A DNA stretch of 64,000 bases, taken from the NCBI GenBank assembly GCA_951406725.2, contig OX597830.1, positions 19,096,001 to 19,160,000 on the forward strand, read 5' to 3'. Shown one piece after another: positions 1-13,559 of this stretch. Position 1 is the stretch's first letter; each line of letters begins with the position of its first letter. The DNA is from Octopus vulgaris (Eukaryota). The notes under the pieces are model-generated. The model saw only the letters and a program-made list of their open reading frames with translations. It made no database searches and was not told the DNA's origin. The position numbers and the translations under genes are program-made.

Positions 1-117
1 GCCCTTCCTAACACTCCAAAGAGTGTACTGGATGCTTTTTTTTGTGGTACTAGCACCAGTGTGTTTAACATGGCACCAGCACAAACAAATTTGTTTTTAT
101 TTCTGTTTCCATCTTTT

Positions 118-166
<49 letters not shown>

Positions 167-448
167 CTCCATGTCTCCTATCTCCTTTTCTCTATTTTCC
201 CATTTCTATTTGTCTCTTCTCCTGACTCTCTCAATTTCTTCTAATTATCTTACTTCACCTTTGTTCATTCCCCCCTCACCTCTATTCATCCCTCCTCACC
301 AATATTTACCAACATGCTCACCGTTGCTCACCCTCTTTAACAATTGATTACCCTAATACCACAATCTCCTGCTAATACCCACCCCCTCACAACTGCCCAC
401 CTTATACATTCTCTCTTGCTCTCACACCAATCTTTTCTTCCTTTCCAG

Positions 449-510
449 ATGTCCAAAGTCTAAGTGATGTGGTACCAGCAGTGAAGACCCTCTCCCTACT
501 TGCTCAGTGA
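449..510 (+). CDS. Probable terminal coding exon of an upstream gene, CEP70-like C-terminus
   Basis: Polypyrimidine tract plus tttccAG acceptor at 447-448. The phase-1 exon reads (D)VQSLSDVVPAVKTLSLLAQ* followed by a second stop. It aligns without gaps to my recollection of the human CEP70 C-terminus ([20 protein letters not shown]). Confidence 0.55.
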
Positions 511-596
511 TAACCAGTGGCGAATGTTCTGGATATCTTGGATACAGGAAGAAAGAAGGATGAGCTACACTAGTTACTGCTGTCATCATTGCTACT

Positions 597-1075
597 GCAG
601 CTATAAGGGCACTGAGCTGGCAAAATAGTTAGAGCATTGGACAGAATACCTAATGGTATTTCTGACATTGTAAGGTGGCGAACTGGTAAAATTGTTAGCA
701 CGACGGGCGAAATGCATAGCCGTATTTCGTCTGCTGTTATGTTCTGAGTTCGAATTCCGCCGAGGTCGACTTTGCCTTTCATCCTTTCGGGGTCGATAAA
801 TTAAGTACCAGTTACGCACTGGGGTCGATATAATCGACTTAATCCATTTGTCTGTCCTTGTTTGTCCTCTCTGTGTTTAGCCCCTTGTGGGTAGTAAAGA
901 AATAAGTATTTCTTCTGACTCACTATGTTCTGAGTTCAAATTCTGTCATGGTCAACTTTGCCTTTCATCCTTTCAGGGTTGATAGAATAAGTACCAGTTG
1001 AGCACTGGGGTCGATGTAATTGACTAACTCTCCTTCCTCTAAAAGTTACTGGCCTTGTGCCGAAATTTGAAACCA
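597..1075 (+). mobile_element. SINE family A, tandem/partial copies
   Basis: Motif gagttc(g/a)aattccgccgaggtcgactttgcctttcatcctttcggggtcgataaattaagtaccagtt recurs many times in the window. Confidence 0.75.
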
Positions 1076-1443
1076 TTATTACATCATCTACCACTGTCAT
1101 CATTGTCATTGCTGTTATATCAGGTATCACTGTGATCACTCCTATGTTAGTTGTCATTGTCATCACTGCCATCACTCATTATTGTCATCACTCATCATTG
1201 TCAATAGTATTGTTATGTATGCTCAACATCTTTAATATTCTTAACTCAATCCCATTGCTGTACCACAACTACAATCACCACCACCACCGCCATTATCATC
1301 ATCATCATCATCATTGGTAGCTACTCTACATCTCACACATGTCCAATATGTCATATTACATTCTTATACTTTGACAGTCATTGTGTATATATATATATAT
1401 AGCTCATACATGTCCTGACAATCACTCTAGAACTTACACTTGT

Positions 1444-1568
1444 CCAGACAGCCACCTGCACTCATGTACCCCACACATATCTAGACAGCCACCTGCACTT
1501 ATGTACCCCACACATGGCCAGACAGCCACCTGCACTTATGTACCCCACTCATGGCCAGACAGCCACCC
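1444..1568. repeat. 37-bp minisatellite, about 3.3 copies
   Basis: Unit agacagccacctgcacttatgtaccccacacatggcc starts at 1446, 1483, 1520 and 1557. Confidence 0.9.
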
Positions 1569-2469
1569 TATCATCATTGTTCGACCGTGGTCGAGACAAT
1601 GGAATTTACTATGTTACGCCAGACTTCACGATCCATCATAGCATTACGGAGGTCCTGCTGCTGGATGCCTATGGAATTTGCCACCCTAACTCTAACCCTA
1701 CTTATGTCCAGACATCTGTCCTACACCTCACACTGTATATCCTGATTGGCTTTCTTCGTGTCTCTTTACATAGTCCAAGGCCAGTCTGAACCATGACACA
1801 CAAATGAACTTCTCACCCAGTGTTCTGTTACAAAAGACATGAAGTCTAGGCAACAGCTGCTGCTGCAAGGGAACCTTTGTGTGTTAGTTGGATTGCTAGA
1901 AATAGAAGCTAAAACTTCTTCAAATCAAATCCATCGTCTTTAAAAAAAAAAAAGGGGATGGATGCAGCTGGAAAGGTAATCTTAGGCAGGATAGCCACAG
2001 CTGGAATGCCTTTAATTATAAGTATGTTTGATGAGGGCTGGCCTAATGGATGTGTGGATGGGGGTGGGCTGAAGGGCTACTACTACTAATGTTAATAAAA
2101 ATTTCTAATGTCTTTATTAGCATCACTAACAAGGGAGCCACCATGTGGTCAGTCAAACTGCTTGGCATAGCAGTCATATGTCCCTCAACTCACATCCCCG
2201 CTGTATAGAGAAAAAATAGGCCCATTGGATAATGTAGTCTGACGTAATTCCCCAAAAAGACGTAGTGTAATGCCTTTGATCATAGGTCTGCCTGATCAGT
2301 GCTGACCTGGGGTTAAATACAGCAGCAACAATAAATCTTCCTCTCCCTCCTCCTCCCTGACATTTGTGGGTCCATATAAGATTTTGTTGTTAGAATTTAC
2401 TTGCAATAAAATAGTTATACTTTTACAGTTCACAAAATATTTTAATAGTTTTTTTTTTATACAATTCCT

Positions 2470-3130
2470 AATATTGGTTTCAAATTTTGGCACAAGGCCA
2501 GTAGTTTCAGGGATGTGGGTAATTTGATTACATTGACTTCCAGTGTTCAACTGATACTTAATTTATCGACCCTGGAAGAATTTGAACTCAGATTGTAAAG
2601 ACGAATGAAATACTACTAAGCATTTTGCCTGGTGTGCTAACATTTCTGCTAACTCGTCGTCTTAATTCCTAATAATATTTAACCATAAAAATATAACAGG
2701 ATTTTTTAAACATTGAATGGCTGAGGGTCCAGTTGTGTAAAATAGGAATCAAAGGGATCCACAGGTGAAAAATGGTTGAGAAACACTGTTCTAGTGTCTC
2801 AAAATAGTCCCTAATATACAAAACAAATGGGATGGTCATAGCTGGAATACCTTTCATCATGGGTCTGCTCCTTCAGGGCTGACATGGGACTAAAAACCAA
2901 CAGCATTTGTATTCTTTCTAATGGTATAAGGCCAGTACTTTTGAGGGAAGGGGGAATTTTTGAGTCATGAGATTGATTATATCAACCCCATTGACTGTTA
3001 CTTTATTTCATCAACCCTAAAAGGGATGAAAGATAAAGGCAACCTTGGCAGAATTTGAACTCAGGTTGCAAAGAGCCAGGATGTCACTGAGTATTTTGTC
3101 CAGTGCACCAATGATTCTGCCAGCTTGCCA
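2470..3130 (-). mobile_element. Two SINE family A copies (about 2470-2665 and 2930-3130)
   Basis: Reverse complement of the family A core (gaatttgaactcag, ggatgaaag...aacctt). Confidence 0.6.
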
Positions 3131-4087
3131 TTTCAGCAATATCAATAATATTGCCAACATAGTACCTAAAGGGCTGAGATTTCTCTTTAAGGCCAGAAAA
3201 TTCTTCAGCCCCGACTAGTTGTTGACCCTTTGCAACAGTCAAATTTGTCCCATATTTGAGTACTACTCATATACTTGGGACTAAGTAGTCACTCACTACA
3301 CAAGCAAAAAGCATTTTGAATTCCATCCATAAAAGGGACCATCTGATCACTTAATGAACCTCTGCTCACCAGCACACTGCATCCACAGATCCAAGTCACA
3401 ATGCTTTGTCCTCTTCTCTCTGTCCACTAGTGTAGCAAAGGGGGATGGGATGGGGGCAGTGATCCACCCAGGCTGATGGTTTTATGAAGGGCAAAACTTT
3501 TGGGTCTGCTGTATAAGTCTTTATAGGATGTATTTTTTGGTGCTGGAGGTCGGGGGAAGTTAATTTAAGGACTGTCCCAGGCAGTACATACTTCAGCTTT
3601 GCCACTATTTCTGTCCCTTCTAGCATTACCACTAATGTTATTGCTCCTCTTGAACTAGCAAGCTACACACCTTTCTACACAAGCCTACCTAATTGATATA
3701 CCCACCTGTACTTCATACTAAACACTACTAAAAAACTATGTCCATTCCTTCTACAAAACTGTGACCTTTCCAGGACTCTTTGTCAGCCCATAGTTTCTTT
3801 ACAAATATCATCAACCCACCGAAATTCAAGCTAAACATCAACCACAATGATCTCGTCCGTCTTGCAAAGCCTGTGACAAACAAGCCTATGGGCCCTGCCT
3901 GTCTGCCTTGCATCAAGGGCACAGGTATGGCTGTATGGTTAAGAAGCTTAGCAGTTTACTTCACAACCACATAGTCTCAGTTTCAATCCTGAAGCAGCAT
4001 CTTAGCAACTGTTTTCTTCCATTGCCTCAGTTTGGCCAGTATTTTGTGAGTTGAATTTGGTGGAGGGGGAAGTATGTTGAAGTCTAG

Positions 4088-4540
4088 GATAAGTGATTAA
4101 AAAGCTTGCTTCTCAACAATCTGACTCCTGGTTCAGTCCCATTGTATGGTACATTGGACAAGTAGTTTCTATTATAGCCCTAGGCTTGCCAAAGCCTTGT
4201 GAGCAGATTTGGAAGATGGAAACTGAAAGAAGCCCTTTGTGTGTGTGTGTGTGTGTGGGGGTGCATGTGTATGTTTCTGTATGTGTGAGTTGTCTTCCTT
4301 GTCTTGACATTGTGAGAATGTTGTAAATGAGTGTCACCGTCATACAAGTGGTGTCCTTTATTTCCGAATCTTCCATGGAAACCTGTTCAGCCCTGAGGAA
4401 ATATTACCTTACTGGGAAGCTATTGAGGATTGACAACAAGAAAGGGTATGTGGCTATAGAAAATCTGCCTCGACACATTCTGTCCGACCCATGCAAGCAC
4501 GGAAAAGTGAACATTTAAACAATGATGATGATGATGATCA
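4088..4540 (+). mobile_element. SINE with family B head and RTE-like tail
   Basis: ggttcagtccca...ttggacaag...ggaaactgaaagaagccc, internal (TG)n, 3' catgcaagcacggaaaagtg and (ATG)n tail. Confidence 0.6.
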
Positions 4541-5041
4541 ACATCACCATCATCATCATTGATTGTTCATTCGTTAAATGTGCAGAACTTGAAGGTCTCT
4601 TTGCATTCGCTATGCTGACAACAAGAATGATGAGCTGAAATACTTGGCCACTTGCTTAAGAAATTTCCAAACTAAATTTTGAAGGGTCTGTTTTTTTTTT
4701 CTTTTTTTCTTTGTGATAGAAGGCAGAATTTGAACTCATCATCCACAGTGCCAAAACAAAGGCTGCAACAAGGCATCTTCTTTGATGATTTAACATTCCA
4801 CCCATCTGCCTCTCTGGGCAGCTTCTTTATTTATTAACCCTGAAACAATGAAATGCAATGTTAACCTAGGTGAGATTTGAACTCAAAATACAGAAAGCTA
4901 GAACAAATTCCACAAAATATTCTACCTGATGCTCTCACAACTCACGCGCACATACACATACCCCCCACCACACACACTTATACGCCCAGTTGAACCGTCC
5001 AACCCATGCTAGCATGGAAAGCGGACGCTAAACGATGATGA

Positions 5042-5082
<41 letters not shown>

Positions 5083-5611
5083 TATACATATATATACATA
5101 CACATACATACATACGATGAACTAACTAATGTGCTTCTCCATTTTCTTATTTTCTCTCTCTGTCTGTATATATATATATATATATTCTCCCATGCTTATA
5201 CTTTCTTTGTCTTGTCTACCACTACCACAATACTTCATGCCACCCTTGAACTAGTAAGTTGTGTACATCTCCTATATGTACCCACCTAGTTACACCCCTC
5301 TGCTATCCTTATTGTTGGCCAAGTACAGTTTATTACGTGCCACTTGCTGCAACTTTTTCTACTTCCTTCATGACGTTCAGACGTTCAACCTCCCGAGATC
5401 ATCCTTCTCCATTTCGTCCCATGTCTTCCTTAGTCTTCCTCTGTTGTGTACTTCTTCTGTTTGGATCCTTTTGCTACTAATTTACTCCCATCCATCATCC
5501 CTAAACGTATCACATATCTCTACAAGCTCAGTATTCTACACCTGATGACCCCCACCTCCCATTTTTTTTAAAGACTTTTTTACTGTTCACTTCCTGTGCA
5601 TATTCTATGTA

Positions 5612-6125
5612 CCGTAAATCCTCGAGTATAATTCGCATTTTTCCCCCAAAATTTAAGGGTCAAAATCCCTAGTGCGTACTATATATGAGGTTAAAAATGA
5701 AAAATATTTTTTAAGCAATGTCCGAGCCTCTATTTGCTGTCCGGCAATGTTTATTCAGATGCATTTTGGGCACGAAAATACATTAAGCTAAGCCTGAAAG
5801 CAATGAAGTCATAAAAGAATCATCCATAACTTGCAGTGAGCAACATTTATTAAAATAAAAGTATTCAGAACATAGAATAACATGTAACAAACACAATTTG
5901 CAAACATATTTACATTCCCATATAACAGTTAAGAACATCACCATTAATGTATTATGCATGCGCGGAAGTGTTTGTTTGACTAGCTGCTGCTGGCTTAATT
6001 ATGCACGACTCAAGTTAGAGAAGGGGGGCGCATTATACATAAGGTTTAGGTTTTTCAGAAGCACAGCCCCCTAACAATCCTCTGCGTATTATACTCAAGG
6101 GCGAACTATACTCGAAGATTTATGG
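5612..6125. mobile_element. Non-autonomous Tc1/mariner-superfamily MITE (Tc2/pogo-type CCGTA ends)
   Basis: TIR CCGTAAATCCTCGAGTATAATTCGC versus GCGAACTATACTCGAAGATTTATGG. TA on both sides (5610-5611, 6126-6127). No ORF. Confidence 0.8.
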
Positions 6126-6477
6126 TACTGTTTCTCATGAGTTGTGCACCAGAGCACCGTATACAATGAGTTCATTATATAATCTCTCCACCACATCACA
6201 TCAAATTACTTTCGTACCTAATTCTTTCCCTCAGCACATGTTCTGTTACTCATACATACTGGCATTACACATTCTGCTGCATACAAAGTCTGTCTTCTCT
6301 CTCAGCCTACTTGTGATCTCACTTCAACTCTTGTAGTTTACCCATAGTTTATGCTGGGTTCACTGCACAGAATCCCTTCAAACATTTTGGGCATTGCCAC
6401 TGCCTTGATGGCAATAATGTTCTGTCTTCTTTCTTGTTGACTAAAACTTTTTCGTCTTTGGTAAATTCCTCCTTTAA

Positions 6478-6696
6478 CCCTTTAGCATTTAAACCAGCCA
6501 TATCCAGCCGAAATATTCTGCCTGATTTATGTTCAAACCAACCAGATCTGGCCTTTCACATCAACCCTACAATGTCATTCTAAAAATTAATTTACCTCAT
6601 CAACATCTCATAGCTACCAGGTAACACATGATTAATTCAAAACAATTTGGAATACATCAATATTATATTTGACAGAATAGTATGAATGCTAAAGGG
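6478..6696. mobile_element. piggyBac-like MITE
   Basis: TTAA|CCCTTTAGCATT ... AATGCTAAAGGG|TTAA. Related copies lie at about 16040-16260 and 53594-53812. Confidence 0.8.
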
Positions 6697-7091
6697 TTAA
6701 AACATCTTGATTCTTGGCTTCGCTTCTCTAATCCGTCTTCATCCCATTCAACTTTAAGAACTGGATCATTGATATAACGGATATATGTGTTTAACAAGCT
6801 CACTTGTTATTTGCAACACAAGCACTTGTTCTGGTACTGTTTTTTCTATGTATTGTTGGCGGGGAGATGAATTGCTGCTATTTCTAGCAGTCAAGCATCC
6901 ATTAGTGACAAGACAAAGGAAAGTGGAAATCACATGACCTGGTCCTCTTGGGGCTGGAAATGGTGGAGATTTATCTCCCAGCTAGCAATATAAACAAAAG
7001 TGCATGGAAGATGGACATTAAAATGCTGCTGATGATATATATCTGTGTGTGTGTATCTGTGTGTGTGTATATATATATATATATGTATATA

Positions 7092-7393
7092 TCACCATGA
7101 CCGACCAGGTTATCAGATGTTGTTACACATCGCTGGTCACAATGCGCTTTGCATTGTTTTAGCCTTCAAATGACGCCACCCCACTGGCTAAGCGAGCGCA
7201 GGCCAACAGAAGAAAGAGTGAGAGAAAGTTGCGGCGAAAGAGTACAGCAGGGATCGCCACCCACCCCCTGCCGGAGCCTCGTGGAGCTTTAGGTGTTTTC
7301 GCTCAATAAACACTCACAACACCCAGTCTGGGAATCGAAACCGCGAGTCTACAACTGCGAGTCCGCTGCCCTAACCACTGGGCCATTGCGCTT
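7092..7393 (-). mobile_element. tRNA-derived SINE family C
   Basis: Minus-strand head gcgcaatggcccagtggttagggcagcggactcgc...ggtttcgattccc (A and B boxes). Near-identical copy at 52643-52909. Confidence 0.8.
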
Positions 7394-7401
7394 CATATAT
7401 C

Positions 7402-7466
<65 letters not shown>

Positions 7467-7755
7467 ACACACATACATATATATATATGAGTGAGTGGTC
7501 AAATGAAAGAAAGGACACTCAATATTATTAGGAGTTACATGTATTGTTCAAAATAGTTTGATTCGGATTCCATGCTACTTCAAGTTTTCCATGGGATCCG
7601 AATAATATATATGTATATATATATATATTTTACACATATACATTAAAACTAACACATACATATGTATATAGATTTTCTGTTAAAAAGAATTATCCTCTAC
7701 TTTCTGTACTGAAATCTCTACTTTGTTACATATAAATGTATTTAATATAGATTTA

Positions 7756-7799
<44 letters not shown>

Positions 7800-8156
7800 A
7801 TAATCTGTGTGTGTGTGCATACATGCATGTGCGCATGACTGCAGTTTCAAGTTTTGCTTTTAACGACGTATTCCAATGGTTTAATAAGCTGTTTAATCAA
7901 ATTATCTAAACAATATCACCTTCAGTAAATGTTTGTTGTTTTCTACAAGTTGACTAATAATCAAAAAAAAAAAAAAGAAAGAAACACATACGTGTGTATG
8001 TACATACATATATTTGTGTGTCTACACACATGTGGATTTTGTTGGCAGAAACTGAAAGAAGCCTTTATGTGTGTGTGTGTGTGAGTGTGTGTGTGTATGT
8101 GTATGTGCATGTATGTTTTTGTTCTCTAGCCTCTGTTTGACAACTGTTGTGTATAA

Positions 8157-8204
<48 letters not shown>

Positions 8205-8784
8205 GCATCTATACAGATGTATATCATCATCTTCTTAACAACCACCATCATCATCATATATGTATGCATATATATACACATATATATATAAGTGCTTCTG
8301 TTTTACTGTTGAACAAAGCTTAATTTTTTAAAAAATATATATTTTGTATTTCTTTAATCTGTTGATTGTATATTAAATAAATTGTTTGAAATGTACCATT
8401 TGTAGTTGTTTCTTCTCGTTAATTTCTGGATTTCATATCAGCGTAATTTCTATCCTATACATATACCTATTCTATTGGAAAACAATAAAGGTGCCTCTTC
8501 CTGTTTGCTTGATCTGCTAAAATTCACAGCTGAATCTCTCAAATCTCTCCTTTGTGTATTTAATAATATAAGGATATATTTTTCATAATATAGTCTTAGG
8601 GAGACTATGTTGATTAAAGATAGGGTTGTCATGGCTGTAATGGTGTTGATGTCATGGCTGTAATAGTTATATACCAAGATTATACCAACTTGCTTGGGTC
8701 ACCTCTGGTTTTGTAATATAAGTCTCATGTAAATTTATGTTCCAAATACCAGCTTTATAAGGATAAAATTATCTTAATAAATTG

Positions 8785-9262
8785 CAGTGTAACATGATTT
8801 TTGTCCCTGGATAGCAAATGTTATTTCTTATTTGCTTACCCCTAGAAAGTATGAAAAATGGCTAATATTTCCTTGAAACTTGGCTTTTGTTACATTTATT
8901 TAAACCCTAAAGGGTCACTTCAGACACATGGCCGTGATGCACCCCAACTACTCCTATCATGATCAGAGATGCACATATTGTCAGCCATTAAGGGATATGC
9001 TCTAGTAATTAAGGTCAAGCAACTGAGAAACAAATCTGTGGTATTCAGCAAAATATTTGCTATAATGATATTTCTGCTTCAGCAACTCAGTCTGAAATGT
9101 AATGGTAAATAGGTCAATTTCAAAACATTGATGTCCAGGTCACAAAAGCAAAGTCTGAAGGGAATAGTAGTCACTTCCTTTGATTTCTAGATAGAAGCAA
9201 ATAGGAAATAACACTTACTGACCAAAGACAAAACAAAAAAAATTAAAATTTTGTTACACAGT
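8785..9262. mobile_element. Degenerate DNA transposon/MITE with inverted termini
   Basis: gtgtaacatgatttttgtccctggatagcaaatgttatttcttatttgctt is an imperfect inverted match of aagcaaataggaaataacacttactgaccaaagacaaaa...ttgttacac. Confidence 0.5.
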
Positions 9263-10026
9263 GTTATTATTTTTCAATGTAAACTACTCAGGCATGTTTC
9301 TCTGATATTAGGGAGTCTTTCCAGGAAGTGCTATTCTCCAGATTGTGATATCACAGCTCCAGTGTTATGGACATGTTAGATTGCAAAATAGATTTCTCAA
9401 GCCAAGCCAACTGGCAGGAGACCTTAGGGGATAATATCCAAAGTCTCAGTTGGTCATTCTTGGGAATCCAGCAGAAAGTGTAATTATGGTTGCTTCTGAT
9501 AGGACCCTGTGAAGGAGGAGGTGTCTGGGGACTCTACCTCAACAACCTTCACAGGAATAGAGGGCAACAAAAATGAGTGCGTTCATTATTTTAAAAGTAA
9601 ATTGTATTTTGACAGAGATATGGTAACACAAGGTTTGATGAAGGGTTATCTAGATCTAAATAATAACGGCCCATTCTATTGTATTACAACAGACAATAGT
9701 ACAAGAATGTGTCCATTAAATTGTTAGAGATACTCTAGGGTACAAGGGTCTTAACTGTTTATACAGATTCATGTCAAAACATGTAAAACTGGTAAGAAAA
9801 ACCTGTAAAAATTTATATTTGTAAAATAGAATTTTTGTTCTCTTTTAAAAACAGTATAACAACCAGTTTTGTTTATTGCCAAGGTCTGTCTCTTGGCACA
9901 CTTTTGCTAAATCACTTAGTGATAAACTCTTGTCTGTAAAAAGGTTAATTGACCAAAACAGGAACAGACTTGATTTGCCAAAGTTGATAGCTTATATTTC
10001 TGACCTGCAATATTATTCTTTGAATG

Positions 10027-10400
10027 TAAGGTGGCATTTCATCTCTGTCATTATGTTCCGAGTTCAAATTCAGTTTGCCTTTCATCCTTTCGGGGTTGGT
10101 AAAATAAGTACCAGCTGAACACTGGGGTTGATGTAATCTACTCACATCCTCCCACAAACTTGCTGGCCTTGTGTCAAAATTTAAAACCAATAATATTTTT
10201 GGAATGGAAGGTGGCAAGCTGACAGAATTGTTAGCATGCCAGGCAAAATGTTTTGTGAAATTTTCCTGTCATTACATTCTGAGTTCAAATTCTGCTGAGG
10301 TTGACTTTGTGTTTCATCCTCTGTGTACCAGCTGAACACTGGGGTCAATGTAATTGACTTAGCCCCTCCCCTAAAACTGCTGGCCTTGTGCCAAAATTTG
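10027..10400 (+). mobile_element. Two SINE family A copies
   Basis: Family A core occurs twice (10060-10180 and 10280-10400). Confidence 0.7.
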
Positions 10401-10884
10401 ATGCCTGTATTATTCTTTGAATGCATTAGCATTAAAAACAATTACAAAACAAAACCAAAATGACAACATATAAATTGTCTTTTCTCTGTAAAACCTAACT
10501 GCACTGGAGACATTCTTGAGAAGACAAGACACTATCGTTAAGAATGTGTGGTGCAAGAGACTCTAAAATTCACCCTTCCTGATCGTCATCTATGACACTG
10601 ATGATAATGTTCCACTGATGATAAAGATTCCCAAGGCCTCACATTTTGGTTAGTGTGGCATACTGTGTCACTAGAAGAAACTGAGATACAATGAAAGAAT
10701 TCTCATATTTTGTTCATCATTTTTTTAAAATATAAACTCTATAGACACAAAGGGATTCATGAAGTAAATCCAGTGGCGTATATACTGTCCTACTGTTGTT
10801 GACATCAGGTGGCTGAATATTGTGAATGTGCTTTAAACAGTATACCAACAATATACTACAAGATGTCTACCCATATATATAAAA

Positions 10885-11277
10885 CTATTACTTATTTACT
10901 CCTTTACTTGTTTCAGTCATTTGACTGTGGCCATGCTGGAGCACTGCCTTTAGTTGGGCAAATCGACCCCAGGACTTACTCTTTGTAAGCCTAGTACTTA
11001 TTCTATCGGTCTCTTTTGCTGAACCACTAAGTGATGGGGATGTAAACACACCAGCATCGGTTGTCAAGCGATGTTGGTGGGACACAAACACAGACACACA
11101 AACATATACATATATACGATGGGCTTCTTTCAATTTCCGTCTACCAAATTCACTCACAAGGCTTTGGTCAGCCTGAGGCTATAGTAAAAGACACTTGCCC
11201 AAGGTGCCACGCAGTGGGACTGAACCCAGAACCATGTGGTTGGTAAGCAAGCTACTTACCACACAGCCACTCCTATG
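10885..11277 (-). mobile_element. tRNA-derived SINE family B
   Basis: Head aggagtggctgtgtggtaag...ggttcagtcccactgcgtggcaccttgggcaag and tail gactgaaacaagtaaa. Many copies in the window. Confidence 0.85.
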
Positions 11278-11317
11278 CTTATTTATATATATATGTATAA
11301 AGGTAGATATGGCCAGT

Positions 11318-11383
11318 CTATGGGGTTACTCTGGGTTTCACGTCCATATAGCACTTAGCTTTACAGTGTTTCTTCAGACCCTA
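11318..11383 (-). ncRNA. Type I hammerhead ribozyme motif
   Basis: GGGU-CUGAAGA-(stem II region)-GAAA-C CCAGA G-UA-ACCC. Stem I is GGGU/ACCC. It lies just downstream of a GIY-YIG remnant. Confidence 0.6.
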
Positions 11384-11399
11384 AAACCTGTTAGCCTAT

Positions 11400-11930
11400 G
11401 ACCTCTCTAGAAAATGGAGGAGGAGGAAAAGACTTCGTTACTCTGTCACAACAAGGGATTATCTCTTTTTGACTGCTATTTAATAGACCATGTGGGTGTC
11501 TGGATCCCAGGATACCAGCATGAATTTCCTGAAGTGTAAGCAGTGTGTAAAGAACTCTGTTCTGAAGTTAGGGATGTTCTCTGTGTCAAGAGAGTCCTTT
11601 AAGATTCTTGTTCATTTGGCTATGCACAGTTCATAATCCTTGATCCCACTTATGTAGGGGCCTGGAATTTTTAGGATCTTCCATGATATTATGTGTGGGA
11701 TTCCATGGTGTCTTGGTTATCATGTATGGCTGGCTAAGGACATAGTGTATTTCCTTTCTGGGATCCTGAGAGATGATCTGGAGTTGAAGAGGCGCTGTTT
11801 GAACATGTTACCCGAACATCCAAAGTATCTCTGCAGGTATTGACGATTCTATTTCTGTTGATGTTGACACTGCTGTTACTGTTGTTATTGGCATCGTTAA
11901 AGCTGGCACTGGTGCCATTAATACAGGCGT
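11400..11930 (-). pseudogene. Penelope-like element GIY-YIG C-terminal remnant
   Basis: Minus-strand translation includes ISWKILKIPGPYISGIKDYELCIAK, like the PLE W-x-I...PY...LC motif. Contains stops. Confidence 0.55.
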
Positions 11931-12015
11931 GGGGGACATCATTTCATATTTTCTTTTCAAATTTCTCAAATTTCTTTACCAATATTGTGTCATCTCTTCG
12001 CTATGGTGTATATAT

Positions 12016-12056
<41 letters not shown>

Positions 12057-12074
12057 CACACACATACAGACATA

Positions 12075-13315
12075 CAAGGGTTGGACAAAATAATAGAAAC
12101 ACCTAGCATCATAGCATCATAATTTTGAAACATTTATAAAACCGTCAAAAGCTTGTTTATTTTTATGTTTTTGGATTTATTATTATTGTTGCTTAATATG
12201 TTTTGCTAAAATTGCTGTTTCTTTTCAGATATCATCAGAAAAAGGTAATTAAAATTCATTAAAATGACAGATCTATCGGACTTTCAACGAGGTCAAATTG
12301 TTGGTGCTCATATGGTAGGCACTAGCGTAATGAAAACAGCTGAAATGTTTGGTGTATCAAGAACTACTGTCTCAAAAGTAATGATAGCCTTTGAGAAAGT
12401 GGGAAAAAACCTCCTCGTTGAAACAAAACTCTGGAAGGAAACCAAAACTTTCAGATAGGGACTGTCGGACTCTTACGCGAATTGTTAGAAAGGCTCACAA
12501 AAACAACAGCTCCCAAAATTACTGCAGGGATTAATGACCACCTCGAGAACCCAGTTTCCACAAAAACTGTTTGCCGGGAACTGCACAAAGCCAGATTTCA
12601 CAGGAGGGCTGCAATCAGAAAACCACTACTTTCAAAAACGAACGTCGCAAAGCATTTAGAGTGGAGTAAAACCTACAGAATTGGTCTCTAGAGCAGTGGA
12701 AGAATGATATTACCTTATTTCTGACCACCGGCCGAGTATACGTGTGGAGACAGCCAAAAGAAGCTTTTGATCCAGACTGTTAAACATGGAGGGGGATTTG
12801 TGATGATTGGGATGTGGGGCTATATCTTGGAAACCTGTCTGCCCAATGGTTTTCCGTCATGGCAGAATTAATAGTCGAGACTATTTAAGCATTTTATGTG
12901 ATCAAATTCATCCTATGGTTGTGGAACTGTTTCCGGAGGGAAACACAATCTTTCAGGATGATAATGCACCAATTCACACAGCTGAAGTTGTTACTGTATG
13001 GCACGAGGAACATTCTAGTGAAGTTGAACATCTTATCTGGCCACCACAGTCCCCAGATCTCATTATTATTGAACATTTATGGTGCGTTTTAGAAAAACAA
13101 GTAAGGAGTTAATATCCTCCACCATCACCACTACAAGAACTGGAGACTGTTTTAGCTGAAGAATGGACAAAAATTATTTGGAAACAATTCAAACTTTGTA
13201 CAAGTCCATACCTTGTAGAATTCAAGTGTGATTACACCCAAAGGCGGTCCTATCCCATATTAAAATAAATTTGCTTGAAATTTTAAGGTGTTTCTATTAT
13301 TTTGTCTAACCTCTG
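12075..13315 (+). mobile_element. Tc1-like DNA transposon, full length, transposase frameshifted
   Basis: About 30-bp TIRs CAAGGGTTGGACAAAATAATAGAAACACCT / AGGTGTTTCTATTATTTTGTCTAACCTCTG with TA TSDs. ORF pieces include the HTH (DLSDFQRGQIVGA) and catalytic FQDDNAPIHTA...WPPQSPDLIIIEHLW. Confidence 0.95.
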
Positions 13316-13559
13316 TACATATATATATATATAAATCATCATCATCGTCGGTATCATTCTTTAACGTCCATTGTCCATGCTGGCATGGGTTGGATGGTTT
13401 GAGCAATGGCTGACAAGCTGGAATGACAGACAAACAAAAACAACGGAGCACTCCTAAAAATGTAACTGGGAGTGTGTGTGTATGTGTGTGTGTGTATATA
13501 AAGACAGATAAAGAGATTAATAAAAGAAAAGTTTATTGTCTCCAGTTCAAATTCCTTCT

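Noticed and set aside
1444-1568. 37-bp periodic repeat suggesting a CRISPR array
   Set aside because: Units are contiguous with no unique spacers, there are no cas genes, and the context is eukaryotic.
3130-3920. Possible decayed LINE or other coding relic (ORFs 3396-3632, 3728-3922)
   Set aside because: No diagnostic motif was recognised with confidence, so it is left unannotated.
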